Shown: piece after piece, positions 29,042-39,203 of the stretch
Numbering within the stretch: the stretch's first letter is position 1
How the letters are laid out: the number at the start of each line of letters is the position of its first letter
From: Escherichia phage Ecwhy_1
DNA length: 64,000 nt
Reading direction: 5' to 3' (one strand)
Sequence record: MH791411.1
Program-made: the position numbers and the translations under genes
The notes under the pieces: model-generated
The model's database searches: none
The model's input: the letters and a program-made list of their open reading frames with translations, nothing else
What the model was told of the DNA's origin: nothing

Positions 29042-32000
29042 ATGTACTCGATTAAAACGGATCTTGATGTATCTGGTAATTCCACGGTAGGTAAGGATCT
29101 TTTGGTCAAAGGTAATGCAGTATTCAGTAATGACCTAACGGTTAATGGGGAAGTGTCTTTTGCTAACGCAGTATTCACTGCAATTACCGCTGGTTCTGTG
29201 AATGTCACAGGTGCATTGGATGTTGCTGGTAAGGCAACCTTATCCGGTGGTGCTGATGTTTCAGGTGCTGCGACATTTGCAGGAAACATTACTGCTGCTG
29301 GCGGCACAACTGCAAAATTTGATAACTTAGAAGCTAATTCAGGATCATTTGATTCTGTTGAATCAACTGATATTACTTCAACTGGCACAGCAACTTTTAA
29401 AGATGTAAACATTTCTGGTACACTTGGTGGTACTTTTAATCTTTCTGATATTAATGCTACAACACTTAATGTGTCTGGTGCTTCAGCACTAACTGGTTCA
29501 GTCACATTGGGTGCAAATATCACTGGTCTTGCAAGTACTGCAAACTTCCGTGATATTCGTATCGGGCCTAATGAAGCAGGTCAAGCATATAGACTAAACT
29601 TTGGTTACACCGTTCCAGGACAACGACCAACCGTTCTTCTACAGAACGAAGTTCAATCCGAACTAATGTCACCAGCTAAGTTGAATGTTCTACAAACTGC
29701 AACATTTGGTGATTCTTCACTTTCAACTTACGGTATTACAGGTAATGGTTTAAACAAATTAGATTATGTAACTATTTCTGGTAACGCAATTCAATCACCA
29801 ACCACTCCTTTACTTGAAGTAACTAAAGGTAAAACTAAAGTTGTTGATTTAGAAGTAACTGGTGTAGCAACTATTCCTAATATCGAAAGTTCTGGTACTG
29901 CAAACTTTAACAACATCAACGTATCTGGTACTATTGGTGGTAGTTTTGATTTAGATGATATCCAAGCAACAACATTATCAGTATCCGGTGCTTCAGCACT
30001 AACTGGTGCAGTTACATTGGGTGCAAACATCACTGGTCTAGCAAGTACTGCAACATTCAAAGCAATCAATTTGGGTCAAAATACCGCTGATGCTAACGTT
30101 AAGCTAGGTTTTGCATATACTGCACCTAGTGCACGTCCAACAGTCTTGTTAGCAAACGAAGTTCAATCTGAACTAATGTCTCCTGCTAAGTTGAACGTTC
30201 TACAAACTGCAACCTTCGGTTCTGCTGCACTATCTACCTATGGTATTACTGGTAATGGTCTAAACAAATTAGATTATCTAACAATTACTGGTAACGCAAC
30301 ACAAAACCCTGCTACTCCACAACTTCAAGTTGGTGGTAAAGCAATTCTTAATGATGTTGAATTTACAGGTACTGTAACTGGCCTAACTGTTGATGTGAGT
30401 GGACAAGATCTAACTCCTAAATCAGTAGTTGCTGCTGAAGCAATCAAAGGTCAAACTCTTGAATCAGTTGGTCAAACAACTGTAGGTTCATCTCTACAAG
30501 TTGGCGGTACTGCAACTGTTACTGGTGCATTATCTGCTGCCTCTGGTACTTTCAGTGGTGATGTTAGTGGTTCTAAAGGTATCTTCAGTGGTAGCGTATC
30601 CGGTACAAGTGCAACCTTTACTGGGGATGTTAGCGGTGATAACGCAACCTTTAGTGGCGATTTATCTGCTGTAGCTGGCACTTTCAGTGGTGATGTAACC
30701 GTAACTGGTCAAACAATCACTGTTAAAGACTTGGTAGTAACTGGAACTTCAACTGGTGTAACTGCAATCGCTGACGTTGACGGTCTTGATATTGCTCCAA
30801 ACAAAGTTGATGTTACAACAACTCTATCTGTTGCTGGTGAATCAACTCTTGCTGGTATTACAGCAACTTCAATCAATAGTACTGGTGCAATTGCAGGTAC
30901 TGCAATTTCTGGCTCTACTATTACAGCAACTGGTGAAATTTCTGGTGCATCATCTGTAGTAACTGGTCTTTCTAAATCTGGTAGCGTTGAAACTGGTGCT
31001 CTAAAGGCATCTTCTGTTGAAACTGCAATCATTAGCAACACTGCTGGTGTGTCAATAACAAACAACACTTCCATTGCAGGTAATCTATCTGTGACTGGAA
31101 CTGTTACCCCTGGTGCAATTGACCTAAGCACTACTGATATTGATGCTAAGTCCCTAACTACAACTGAAGGTGCTAACATTGGTGGTAACCTAGTTGTTGC
31201 AGGTACAGTTGATCTAAGTGCTGCTGACGTTGCTGTTAAATCTCTAACCAGTACTGGTGCAGTTATTAGTTCTGAAGGTACTGTAAGTAGTGTTCTACCT
31301 AAACTTTCCAGTACTGAAGCTAATATTACCACAGTAACTGCAACCACTGCAAATGCTACCACACTAAATGTAACTGGTACATCAACTCTAGCTGGTGTTA
31401 ACGCTTCTGGTGCTATTACTTCTGCAACTAACATTACCGCTACTGGTGTATTAAAAGGTGCATCTGTTGAAACTGCGTCAATCAGCAATGCTGATGGTGT
31501 AGCAATTAACAATAACACTACAATCACTGGTAATTTGGACGTATCTGGGACATTGACCCCTGGTGCAATTGACCTAAGCACTACTGATATTAGTTCTAAG
31601 TCTCTAACCACAACTGAAGGTGCTACAATTGGTGGCGATCTTGTGGTAGCAGGTACTGTTGACCTAAGTGCTGCTGATGTGTCTGTGAAATCTCTTGCAA
31701 GTGCAGAGACAATTACAAGTGCTGGTGTTATTACAGTTTCGGATACAGTGAATTCTAGCACTCTACCAAAACTAATTACTACTGATGCAACTATTGGTGC
31801 TGTCCATGCAGCTACTATTGAAACAACTGGTTCAAGTACACTAAAACAAGTATCTGCTACTGAAGTAACAGCTACAAGTATTGTACTAAATTCAGTTGGT
31901 GAAGGTTTACGTGTTGACAATAATGCAAACATTAATGGTATATTAAGTGTTAATAATATTACTTCTACCAATGATACTATTGCAATTGCGAAAAGTGCTG

Positions 32001-34741
32001 CTATTACTGGTGATCTGACCGTATCTGGAACTGTTACCCCTGGTGCAATTGACCTAAGTACTACCGATATTAGTTCTAAATCCCTAAGTACTACTGAAGG
32101 TGCTACAATTGGTGGTGACCTAGTTGTTAATGGTTCAATTGATTTAAGTTCTTCCAATGTTTCAGCAATTACCCTTGCTAGTTCTGGTAATACTACCGTT
32201 GGTGGTAACCTAGTACTAACAACTGGTGTTGTAACTGGCAGCCCATCTGTATCTGGCAACCTTTCAGTTGCAGGTACTGCGGCAGTAACTGGTGCAACTA
32301 CCCTAACTGATATCGTAAATATCGGTAAGAAAGTAACTGTAAGCACTGGTGGTATTCAAGTAGTTGCAGGTGGTATTAATACCGACGCTATATTAGTATC
32401 CGGTGATACAACTTTAAACAACACTACTGTAAACACTACCTTAAATGTAACTGGTCAAAGTACAGTAGCTGCACTAAGTGCTGCATCTTTGAATGTATCT
32501 GGTGATAGTACTGTTCAAAAACTAACAGTTGAAGGTGAATTGGTTCCACAAGGTGGTATCGACCTAACTGGTGCAGATATTTCTGCTAATAGTCTTGCAA
32601 CTGCTTCAACAATCACTGCAACTGGACTAAGCACACTAAGTGGTGGTGTAAGTACTACTAATGTTACTGCATCTGGTACAGTGAATGCTGGTAGTTTGGA
32701 TGTTACTAACAACGCAACCGTTGGTGGTAATTTGGGTGTAACTGGTTCATTAACTTCTGGTCCATTGAGTGTAACAGGTATTGCGAATATTACTGGTGTA
32801 ACAACTGTTGGTTCATTGGTTTCCGGTGCAGTATCTGGTAGTACTGGTACATTTAGTTCAACATTAGGTGTAACTGGTGCAGCTACATTTGACAATGACG
32901 TAACTGTTGAAGGTGTATTCACCCCAGCAGGTGGTTTAGACCTAACAACTTCTGATATTACGGCTAAGAGTTTGTCAGTATCTGAAACTATTCACTCTGA
33001 TGGTGCAGCTTCCTTTGGTGGTAACACAACAGTAGGTGGTACATTGGGTGTAACTGGTGCAGTAACTGCTCCATCGGCAACCCTAAGTGGTACTGGTACT
33101 GCACTAGCAGTAACTAATAATGCAACTATTGGTGGTACATTAGGTGTAACTGGTCAAGCATCACTTGGTTCTATAGTAACTTCTGGCGTTTCTGCAACAA
33201 GTGGCTCTTTCAGTACTACTCTTGGCGTTACTGGTGCTGCGACATTTGGTAACGATGTAACTGTAGTTGGAACACTAACTCCTGGTAGCTTAGATCTAAC
33301 TGGTGCAGATATCTCTGCTAAAACACTAACTCTATCTGAAACATTAAATGCAACAGGTAATACTACCCTTGGTGGAACATTAGGTGTAACTGGTTTAGCA
33401 ACAATTGGTGGAACACTAACGTCTGGTGCAGTAACTGCTCCATCTGCAACCTTGAATGGTTCAGGTACTGGTCTAGCAGTAACTAACAACGCAACCGTTG
33501 GTGGAACATTAGGTGTAGTTGGTCAAACAACACTAGGTTCTGTTAAAACTGGTGCAACTCTAACAGTTGGTACACCATTAGGTGAGCAGCCTGAAACTGT
33601 ACAGATTATGCCAGACACTTATATTGCTGGTAAACTACGTGTTGAAGGTGGTATTAACGCAGATATCGATGTTGGTGGACAAACACTAGAACCGTTTGCA
33701 GTAATAGCATCTGATTCTTTATCTTCTGCTGGTAATATTACTGCTGGTGCAGCAATTATTTCAAGTTCTGCAACAATTGGTGAAGTCGGTTCACAAAACA
33801 ACAACCTAATCGTTAATGGTAACGTTGTAAACAACGGTAACTTCACTGTTACTGGTGTACTAAATGCACAATTGAACCAAGCAGATTCCGATGTAGCTGT
33901 TAAGTCTTTGACTGCAACTAACAACGTATCTGCTGGAACCACATTAAGTGCAGGTACTGCAATTACTGCTGGTACTTCCATCACTGCAACTGGATTACTT
34001 AAAGGTAATACTTTAGAAGTTACTACTACTGGTTCATTTGGTGGTTTAGTAACTATGTCAAGTGGTGCAAATATCACTGGTGCAATGACCACTGCGGGTA
34101 ACATAACAGTGGGTGGCAATATCACTGCAACTGGTACTGCTGGATTCGCTGCAACAACCGTTTCTACAATTACAACAACAGGTTTGGCTACAATTGCAAG
34201 TGCATCCATTACTGGTAACGCAACAGTAGGTGGAACACTAACTGCGAATGGTAACGTAACATTAGGTGACGCAGCGGCAGACGTTCTAACCGTTAATGCA
34301 ACTTCATCATTTAAAGAAAATGCTGTGTTTGATAAGGCAGTAACAGTAACTGGTGCACTAACCACTACTAATGCTAACTTAACTACTACAACAGTAACTA
34401 CCAAAAAGTATGATGTAATCCCAACTCAAGTTACATCATCAGTAATTGCTCCAACCGGAACATGGACTCCAGATGGTACAAGTAACGTATACTTCATCAC
34501 TCTAGACCAAGATACCACGTTGGCTCCAATTACTGGCCTAATTGGTGGTGGTAAAGCTGCATCAGTATACATCTATGTTAAACAAGATACAACTGGTAAC
34601 AGAAACTTTACAACTGATGGTACTTATGCTGTTGTTGATGGTGAACTAAACAAAACTGCTGGTAGTGTGACCATTTACCAAGTAATTTATGATGGTGTAA
34701 GTCCAGTTACTGATTTGTTCATTGCACAACGTACTGCTTAA
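29042..34741 (+). CDS. Giant repeat-rich fibre protein 2 (1,899 aa), paralog of ORF 23958
   Basis: Same N-terminus (MYSIKTDLDVSGN), same duplicated 170-aa module, same repeat style. The C-terminal ~110 aa are divergent (TKKYDVIPTQV...FIAQRTA vs TKKYSVIPASV...FVAQRV). RBS ataGGAGGGGactctATG. Confidence 0.8.
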   Translation: MYSIKTDLDVSGNSTVGKDLLVKGNAVFSNDLTVNGEVSFANAVFTAITAGSVNVTGALDVAGKATLSGGADVSGAATFAGNITAAGGTTAKFDNLEANSGSFDSVESTDITSTGTATFKDVNISGTLGGTFNLSDINATTLNVSGASALTGSVTLGANITGLASTANFRDIRIGPNEAGQAYRLNFGYTVPGQRPTVLLQNEVQSELMSPAKLNVLQTATFGDSSLSTYGITGNGLNKLDYVTISGNAIQSPTTPLLEVTKGKTKVVDLEVTGVATIPNIESSGTANFNNINVSGTIGGSFDLDDIQATTLSVSGASALTGAVTLGANITGLASTATFKAINLGQNTADANVKLGFAYTAPSARPTVLLANEVQSELMSPAKLNVLQTATFGSAALSTYGITGNGLNKLDYLTITGNATQNPATPQLQVGGKAILNDVEFTGTVTGLTVDVSGQDLTPKSVVAAEAIKGQTLESVGQTTVGSSLQVGGTATVTGALSAASGTFSGDVSGSKGIFSGSVSGTSATFTGDVSGDNATFSGDLSAVAGTFSGDVTVTGQTITVKDLVVTGTSTGVTAIADVDGLDIAPNKVDVTTTLSVAGESTLAGITATSINSTGAIAGTAISGSTITATGEISGASSVVTGLSKSGSVETGALKASSVETAIISNTAGVSITNNTSIAGNLSVTGTVTPGAIDLSTTDIDAKSLTTTEGANIGGNLVVAGTVDLSAADVAVKSLTSTGAVISSEGTVSSVLPKLSSTEANITTVTATTANATTLNVTGTSTLAGVNASGAITSATNITATGVLKGASVETASISNADGVAINNNTTITGNLDVSGTLTPGAIDLSTTDISSKSLTTTEGATIGGDLVVAGTVDLSAADVSVKSLASAETITSAGVITVSDTVNSSTLPKLITTDATIGAVHAATIETTGSSTLKQVSATEVTATSIVLNSVGEGLRVDNNANINGILSVNNITSTNDTIAIAKSAAITGDLTVSGTVTPGAIDLSTTDISSKSLSTTEGATIGGDLVVNGSIDLSSSNVSAITLASSGNTTVGGNLVLTTGVVTGSPSVSGNLSVAGTAAVTGATTLTDIVNIGKKVTVSTGGIQVVAGGINTDAILVSGDTTLNNTTVNTTLNVTGQSTVAALSAASLNVSGDSTVQKLTVEGELVPQGGIDLTGADISANSLATASTITATGLSTLSGGVSTTNVTASGTVNAGSLDVTNNATVGGNLGVTGSLTSGPLSVTGIANITGVTTVGSLVSGAVSGSTGTFSSTLGVTGAATFDNDVTVEGVFTPAGGLDLTTSDITAKSLSVSETIHSDGAASFGGNTTVGGTLGVTGAVTAPSATLSGTGTALAVTNNATIGGTLGVTGQASLGSIVTSGVSATSGSFSTTLGVTGAATFGNDVTVVGTLTPGSLDLTGADISAKTLTLSETLNATGNTTLGGTLGVTGLATIGGTLTSGAVTAPSATLNGSGTGLAVTNNATVGGTLGVVGQTTLGSVKTGATLTVGTPLGEQPETVQIMPDTYIAGKLRVEGGINADIDVGGQTLEPFAVIASDSLSSAGNITAGAAIISSSATIGEVGSQNNNLIVNGNVVNNGNFTVTGVLNAQLNQADSDVAVKSLTATNNVSAGTTLSAGTAITAGTSITATGLLKGNTLEVTTTGSFGGLVTMSSGANITGAMTTAGNITVGGNITATGTAGFAATTVSTITTTGLATIASASITGNATVGGTLTANGNVTLGDAAADVLTVNATSSFKENAVFDKAVTVTGALTTTNANLTTTTVTTKKYDVIPTQVTSSVIAPTGTWTPDGTSNVYFITLDQDTTLAPITGLIGGGKAASVYIYVKQDTTGNRNFTTDGTYAVVDGELNKTAGSVTIYQVIYDGVSPVTDLFIAQRTA
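29378..30403 (+). repeat. Internal tandem duplication (2 x ~513 nt) in fibre gene 2
   Basis: STGTATFKDVNISGTLGGTFNLSDINATTLNVSGASAL... recurs as SSGTANFNNINVSGTIGGSFDLDDIQATTLSVSGASAL.... Boundaries are approximate. Confidence 0.7.
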
Positions 34742-34760
34742 TAATTATAATAAAAAAAAC

Positions 34761-34784
34761 GGTGTCATCAATTATGGTGACACC
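34761..34784 (+). terminator. Hairpin after fibre gene 2, possible weak terminator
   Basis: ggtgtca...tgacacc stem preceded by an A8 run but not followed by a T-run on the plus strand. Confidence 0.3.
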
Positions 34785-34807
34785 ATCTTAACAAGTGAGG
34801 TAGATAT

Positions 34808-35587
34808 ATGTTTACATATGTAAAAGGTAGTTCTAAAGAAAATTATGAATTGGGTAACATCATCTCCAACCCAGTTGGTGTTAAGGGTTTAAAAGAACGC
34901 CCTGGGGCAACTCCAGATGATGAACAAACATATCGTTATTTGTACAGTGATATCCGTGCACTTTATGGTATTTCAAGTAAAGATGGTTCTGAAATTGAAC
35001 CTAATAACGCTGTTCGCAAAGAAGAGGGTTTCTGGTGGTTGGAATATAAGAATGTTGGTAATGTGAACGCAATTAATGAGAATTTGGAATATATTAAACT
35101 ACAAGATAGTAATCAACCAGTCATCACATTCTTAGAAGAAGCAGAAGGTGAATATAAAGAGTTAACAGTACTGAAAACTTATAATTATGTTGATATGGAC
35201 ATTGCAGCAGTTAAATCTGATCTGAAAGCACGCACAGTATCATCTCGTAGTGATCGTATTAATGCTGGTTATATGTTTAACGGTCATCGTTATAGTACTG
35301 ATCTAGCTGGTCGTCAAATGCTTCTTAATTATTATACACAAGTAACTTCCGGTTCTGATAGCGTTTCGATTTTCCTTGATGACGCAATTGTAAAACTATC
35401 TGCTGCTGAAATGACTCAACTATACACTGAAGCATTTGCTATGGTTGAATCCCTATTTGCAGAGTGTAATAAGCAATGTGCTGACATTGATGCAGTTCCT
35501 GATGCTGATGAAGATGCAATTTATAAAGCACAACAGGCGGCTGTATGGGTATATGAAGGTATTGATATTCCTGAGCGTATTCGTTAA
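34808..35587 (+). CDS. Putative tail-fibre accessory/assembly protein (DUF4376-like C-terminal half)
   Basis: RSDRINAGYMFNGHRYSTDLAGRQMLLNYY...KLSAAEMTQLYTEAFAMVESLF resembles the recalled DUF4376 pattern found next to fibre genes. Lies between two fibre genes. RBS gtGAGGtagatatATG. Confidence 0.45.
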   Translation: MFTYVKGSSKENYELGNIISNPVGVKGLKERPGATPDDEQTYRYLYSDIRALYGISSKDGSEIEPNNAVRKEEGFWWLEYKNVGNVNAINENLEYIKLQDSNQPVITFLEEAEGEYKELTVLKTYNYVDMDIAAVKSDLKARTVSSRSDRINAGYMFNGHRYSTDLAGRQMLLNYYTQVTSGSDSVSIFLDDAIVKLSAAEMTQLYTEAFAMVESLFAECNKQCADIDAVPDADEDAIYKAQQAAVWVYEGIDIPERIR

Positions 35588-35600
35588 TTTATATTTTTTT

Positions 35601-35630
35601 AAAGGTCAACTATGGTTGGCCTTTTCTTTT
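35601..35630 (+). terminator. Rho-independent terminator
   Basis: aaaggtcaac-tatg-gttggccttt (one G.U pair) followed by tctttt. Confidence 0.65.
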
Positions 35631-35637
35631 ATCTAAA

Positions 35638-35643
35638 ATAAAT
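35638..35643 (+). promoter_or_regulatory. TAAATA late-promoter-like motif
   Basis: ctaaaaTAAATActt lies 35 nt upstream of ATG 35679. Confidence 0.4.
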
Positions 35644-35678
35644 ACTTAATATATAATCTATTCTGAGGAAATATTTAA

Positions 35679-37643
35679 ATGAGTATAAATCGAATTAGAG
35701 GTGATGGTGGTGTAATTATAGATAGTCAGGCATTTCTAGAATTACCTAAAGCACCGACTAAAGAAACCGCTGATGTGGTTAGATCAGGGATGATTAGATA
35801 CAATAAAGGATGGAAAGCATTTGAAGGTGTACTAGACTTTGAAGATGGTTCAATGGCATATCGACGTTTTGCAAACCTAGATGCAAACGGTAAACTTCTT
35901 ACTTCCCAATTACCAGATTCAGTAACTAGTGGTTTACAATTTGTTGGTACATATAATCCCATCCCAGATGATATCGATCCACCTTTAGCACAAACTCCAC
36001 TACCAGCACCATCACCATCGCTTAATGGTGATTATTATGTCGTTCGTGGTATAATGGATGCCGCACAAGCACATTATGAAGCAAATAATCCACAAACAAG
36101 TCCTGTTACATTTACACCTACAAATCCAACTGGACAAGGTAATTGGATTGAAATTTTATATTATGTTGACTCTAATCCAAATATATCTGGTGCTAAACTA
36201 GTAACATACGCTTTTGCTAGAATTATTACTGCATCTATTCCCAGTACTGGACATGATGGCCTTGAAAATTTAGCAACAGATACTGACTTGACCAAACCAT
36301 TTGCATCTGGTGTTCCAATGAACCAAACTGCACTTTCAGATGGTGATTGGATTATTATAACTGAAGATAAGAATATACGTCTTCGTCAGTCAAGAACAAG
36401 CATTTCCGCTGCTTCAGTATTATATGACAATACTGTAATGATTGCAAATCATCGCCAATTTAGAACAAACGCAGGGACCGTTCAAACATCCATAGATAAC
36501 GTTGTGATTGAGTGTTTACGTAGAACTGGCGATTCCATGTATAATGATGGAACAGACGGCTCTGGGCGTTTTGGGGTGGTGTATGGCAGTGCAGCAGCAC
36601 CAGCATTGACATTTAATAATAATCCGTTTGACCCAACGAACAACCCAGGTAATGACCCAACTAAGTGGTCCGATGCTAATACTGGTATATTCCATCCAGC
36701 AGATGATGCAATTGGTTTTACAACAGCCGGAACTGAGCGTGTTAGAATTAATAATGGAACATTAACATTATTCCAAACTACCGCTACACCAGCAGCTACG
36801 CCAGTAATACGTTTTGATAATGCATCAAACACAAACGTAGGGATAAGTGCAAGTAGTAATATTATTTCTTTAAGTTCAATGAATAAAGTTCAAGTTGAAT
36901 TTAAAAATGGTGAATCACATTTTCATGGAAATATTATTGTAGATGGATCAACATCACTAACTGGTGATTTAAACGCAGGTAACATCACTGCCAGCGGGAA
37001 TTTAGTTGTTAAAGGTAATACAACACTAGGCGACACTACTGGTGACACTATTACAGTTAATGGTGTTAGTACTTATAATGCAAATACTAATTTCAATGGA
37101 ACTAATAACAAATTCAAAAACATAAACTTACTAGAGAATGGTGTATTCACATTAGAAAGTACTACAAACCAAAGTGATATAAAACTACTTGGTGCAGACT
37201 TACGTTTCACTATGGGAAGTTATGCTGATGTAAGTATATATGATAACGGTGTTATTCGTACTCGTTTCAACCGATATGGTATTCAATTACCAGTACTGGC
37301 TACAATTGATAACTCAGTTGGTGTTGATGGTATGATTGCATACTCAAATACCGAACGTACATCGATGCAGAAGGTCCAAGGACAATGGGTTCCAATTGGT
37401 TCTGGTTCTGTACGTACTGACCCGTTTACTGCGTCAGCGTGGGTTTTAAACGGCTCATATTACACATTAACAGTAACTGCTAGTAACATAGTAACTGCTG
37501 AAATTCAAGAACTCGTAAGTACTGGTGTTTACACTCGTGTTGAAGTTGATAGTGTTACATTCAATGGAACAAGCGTAGTGTTCAGTATTCCTGCAACTCC
37601 TGATGTGAGATTTGCCGGACGTACACTGGTTACATTAAGATAA
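35679..37643 (+). CDS. Tail fibre protein
   Basis: 654-aa beta-rich ORF in the fibre cluster. N-terminal GMIRYNKGWKAFEG-type fibre shoulder. Asn/Thr/Gly-rich repeats (GNIIVDGSTSLTGDLNAGNITASGNLVVKGNTTLG). Confidence 0.55.
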   Translation: MSINRIRGDGGVIIDSQAFLELPKAPTKETADVVRSGMIRYNKGWKAFEGVLDFEDGSMAYRRFANLDANGKLLTSQLPDSVTSGLQFVGTYNPIPDDIDPPLAQTPLPAPSPSLNGDYYVVRGIMDAAQAHYEANNPQTSPVTFTPTNPTGQGNWIEILYYVDSNPNISGAKLVTYAFARIITASIPSTGHDGLENLATDTDLTKPFASGVPMNQTALSDGDWIIITEDKNIRLRQSRTSISAASVLYDNTVMIANHRQFRTNAGTVQTSIDNVVIECLRRTGDSMYNDGTDGSGRFGVVYGSAAAPALTFNNNPFDPTNNPGNDPTKWSDANTGIFHPADDAIGFTTAGTERVRINNGTLTLFQTTATPAATPVIRFDNASNTNVGISASSNIISLSSMNKVQVEFKNGESHFHGNIIVDGSTSLTGDLNAGNITASGNLVVKGNTTLGDTTGDTITVNGVSTYNANTNFNGTNNKFKNINLLENGVFTLESTTNQSDIKLLGADLRFTMGSYADVSIYDNGVIRTRFNRYGIQLPVLATIDNSVGVDGMIAYSNTERTSMQKVQGQWVPIGSGSVRTDPFTASAWVLNGSYYTLTVTASNIVTAEIQELVSTGVYTRVEVDSVTFNGTSVVFSIPATPDVRFAGRTLVTLR

Positions 37644-37644
37644 T

Positions 37645-37676
37645 AAAAAAGGGAGACATAAGTCTCCCTTTTCTTT
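37645..37676. terminator. Bidirectional terminator at the convergence of the plus and minus blocks
   Basis: aaaaaa-gggagac-ataa-gtctccc-ttttctttt. Confidence 0.8.
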
Positions 37677-38605
37677 TATACAGCCATTGGTGCTTTGATT
37701 GTTGGCATTGGATCGTAATTAACTAATTTGAAAGAATCCATAGTGAAATCTTCAATATCAGTAATAGTAGGATCTAGCCATAATTCTGGTAATGTACGTG
37801 GTTCACGTTGGAGTTGCTCTTTTACTTGTTCAATATGGTTTTGATAGATATGGCAGTCGCCACCATTCCAAATAAATTCACCAACATCTAACCCTGTAAT
37901 TTGTGCAATCATATGAGTTAGTAGTGAGTAACTACTAATATTAAATGGCACACCAAGGAATAGATCAGCACTACGTTGATGAAGAATACAACTTAGTTTA
38001 CCCTGTACAACACAAAACTGCACAAAGCTATGACAGGGTGGCAAAGTCATAGCATCAAGCTCACCAACGTTCCATGCACTTAGAATGTGACGACGACCGT
38101 ATGGATCAGTATTGATACCTTCAATAACTTGTTTTAGCTGGTCAGTTACACGACGCATAATAACACCATGTGAACCAGTATAATCAATAACTTTATACCC
38201 TTTATCTTTTAGTTCTTGAATTTCTTCAGTACTGGAACTGAATTTATAATCTTCCCATTCACGCCATTGTTTACCATAAACTGGGCCAAGCTCACCATCA
38301 GAATACCCAAGGCTTACACCTTGATTAAGGTAGTTGTCTGTCCAAATTGTTTTCTTTTCTACATCACGTGTCCCGTGTAAAATTTCACACAGACGACGCT
38401 CATCGTGAGAACCTTCAATAAACCATAACAATTCTGAAGTCATTGCTTTCCAAGCCAAACGTTTAGTAGTTACTGCTGGGAAACCTTCTTTTAGGTCAAA
38501 ACGCATTTGTTGTCCGATTAGCTTGATAGTGCCAACACCAGTACGATCAACGCTTTCGACACCTTGATCCAGAATTCTTTGATATAGTTCTTGTAGTTGT
38601 TTCAT
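37676..38605 (-). CDS. thyA: Thymidylate synthase (ThyA family)
   Basis: Near-colinear with recalled E. coli ThyA: DRTGVGT, GFPAVTTKR, ELLWFIEG, LGPVYGKQWR, catalytic LPPCH, RSADLFLGVPFNISSY (Asn retained, so dUMP-specific), GDCHIYQNH, IKAPMAV. Carries a ~30-aa insertion (YKFSSSTEEIQELKDKGYKVIDYTGSHGVIM). Confidence 0.95.
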   Translation of the reverse strand: MKQLQELYQRILDQGVESVDRTGVGTIKLIGQQMRFDLKEGFPAVTTKRLAWKAMTSELLWFIEGSHDERRLCEILHGTRDVEKKTIWTDNYLNQGVSLGYSDGELGPVYGKQWREWEDYKFSSSTEEIQELKDKGYKVIDYTGSHGVIMRRVTDQLKQVIEGINTDPYGRRHILSAWNVGELDAMTLPPCHSFVQFCVVQGKLSCILHQRSADLFLGVPFNISSYSLLTHMIAQITGLDVGEFIWNGGDCHIYQNHIEQVKEQLQREPRTLPELWLDPTITDIEDFTMDSFKLVNYDPMPTIKAPMAV

Positions 38606-39198
38606 TTTACGTCCTTGAAAAATGTAATAAAGTGTTCCATGTGTTTTTGTGTAGCATTACGTGAACCAATCCCAGTCCAATTACCGTGTGGTGCTGGTAT
38701 TGAGAATGTTTCAGTAAACTCTTTCAGTACTGTATCATAATAAAATACAGAGCGAGTGTTCATATCATAACAATATATTTCTGGATTGTCAACTGAATCC
38801 ATATACATCTGTACGGCCCATGCAGTTCCACCTGAAACTTGCGTAGGTGATGTAATATTTGCAATACAATATACTCTTTTTGTATTAAGTATCTGGTAAC
38901 TATTCCTTGCAAGTAAGTTATATACATACGAACCAGGCTTAGGAACTTTACGGCGTAAAGAGTAACATGCAATGTTTAATTGTTTTAATATTGAACTATC
39001 ACAAAGGATATTGGGTGGAATTTCTAATATAGTATTTTCATCTACGCTGCTTTGGTGACCCTTGAATGAAAAATTTATTACTTCAAATCCATTGTCTTTT
39101 GCATAGATAGAAAAAAGGCGGTCAGCACCTGCTGCCCCGCCACTGAAACATACATTAGATAAACCATTGATTGCTTCATCTAATTCTATTTTATTCAT
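38602..39198 (-). CDS. SLOG-superfamily (DprA/LOG/YpsA-like) Rossmann-fold protein
   Basis: CFSGGAAGADRLFSIYA (GGAxGxD), LLARNSYQILNTKRVYCIA and VSGGTAWAVQMY mirror the three conserved DprA/SLOG motifs. Its stop overlaps the thyA start (ATGA at 38602-38605). Confidence 0.5.
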   Translation of the reverse strand: MNKIELDEAINGLSNVCFSGGAAGADRLFSIYAKDNGFEVINFSFKGHQSSVDENTILEIPPNILCDSSILKQLNIACYSLRRKVPKPGSYVYNLLARNSYQILNTKRVYCIANITSPTQVSGGTAWAVQMYMDSVDNPEIYCYDMNTRSVFYYDTVLKEFTETFSIPAPHGNWTGIGSRNATQKHMEHFITFFKDVK

Positions 39199-39203
39199 TT
39201 ATA

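Noticed and set aside
24176-34404. Long antisense ORFs inside the two giant fibre genes (for example 25685-26647, 27851-28687, 30709-32346 at 545 aa, 33619-34404)
   Set aside because: They are mirror frames of a codon-biased, stop-poor repeat (ACT/GGT/GCA/GTT-rich). Their translations are monotonous Val/Pro/Ala/Thr strings. They have no SD sequences and lie entirely within far better-supported sense genes.
35679-35710. RGD tripeptide at the N-terminus of the 654-aa fibre as an integrin-type adhesion motif
   Set aside because: A single tripeptide is expected by chance and has no known relevance for a bacterial host.
37676-38605. ThyA homolog as a dUMP/dCMP hydroxymethylase for DNA hypermodification
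   Set aside because: The sequence is colinear with canonical ThyA and retains the Asn of PFNISSY (dUMP specificity) and the folate-site Trp residues. I have no positive evidence for hydroxymethylase-specific changes. The idea is kept only as a caveat under the dNMP kinase finding.
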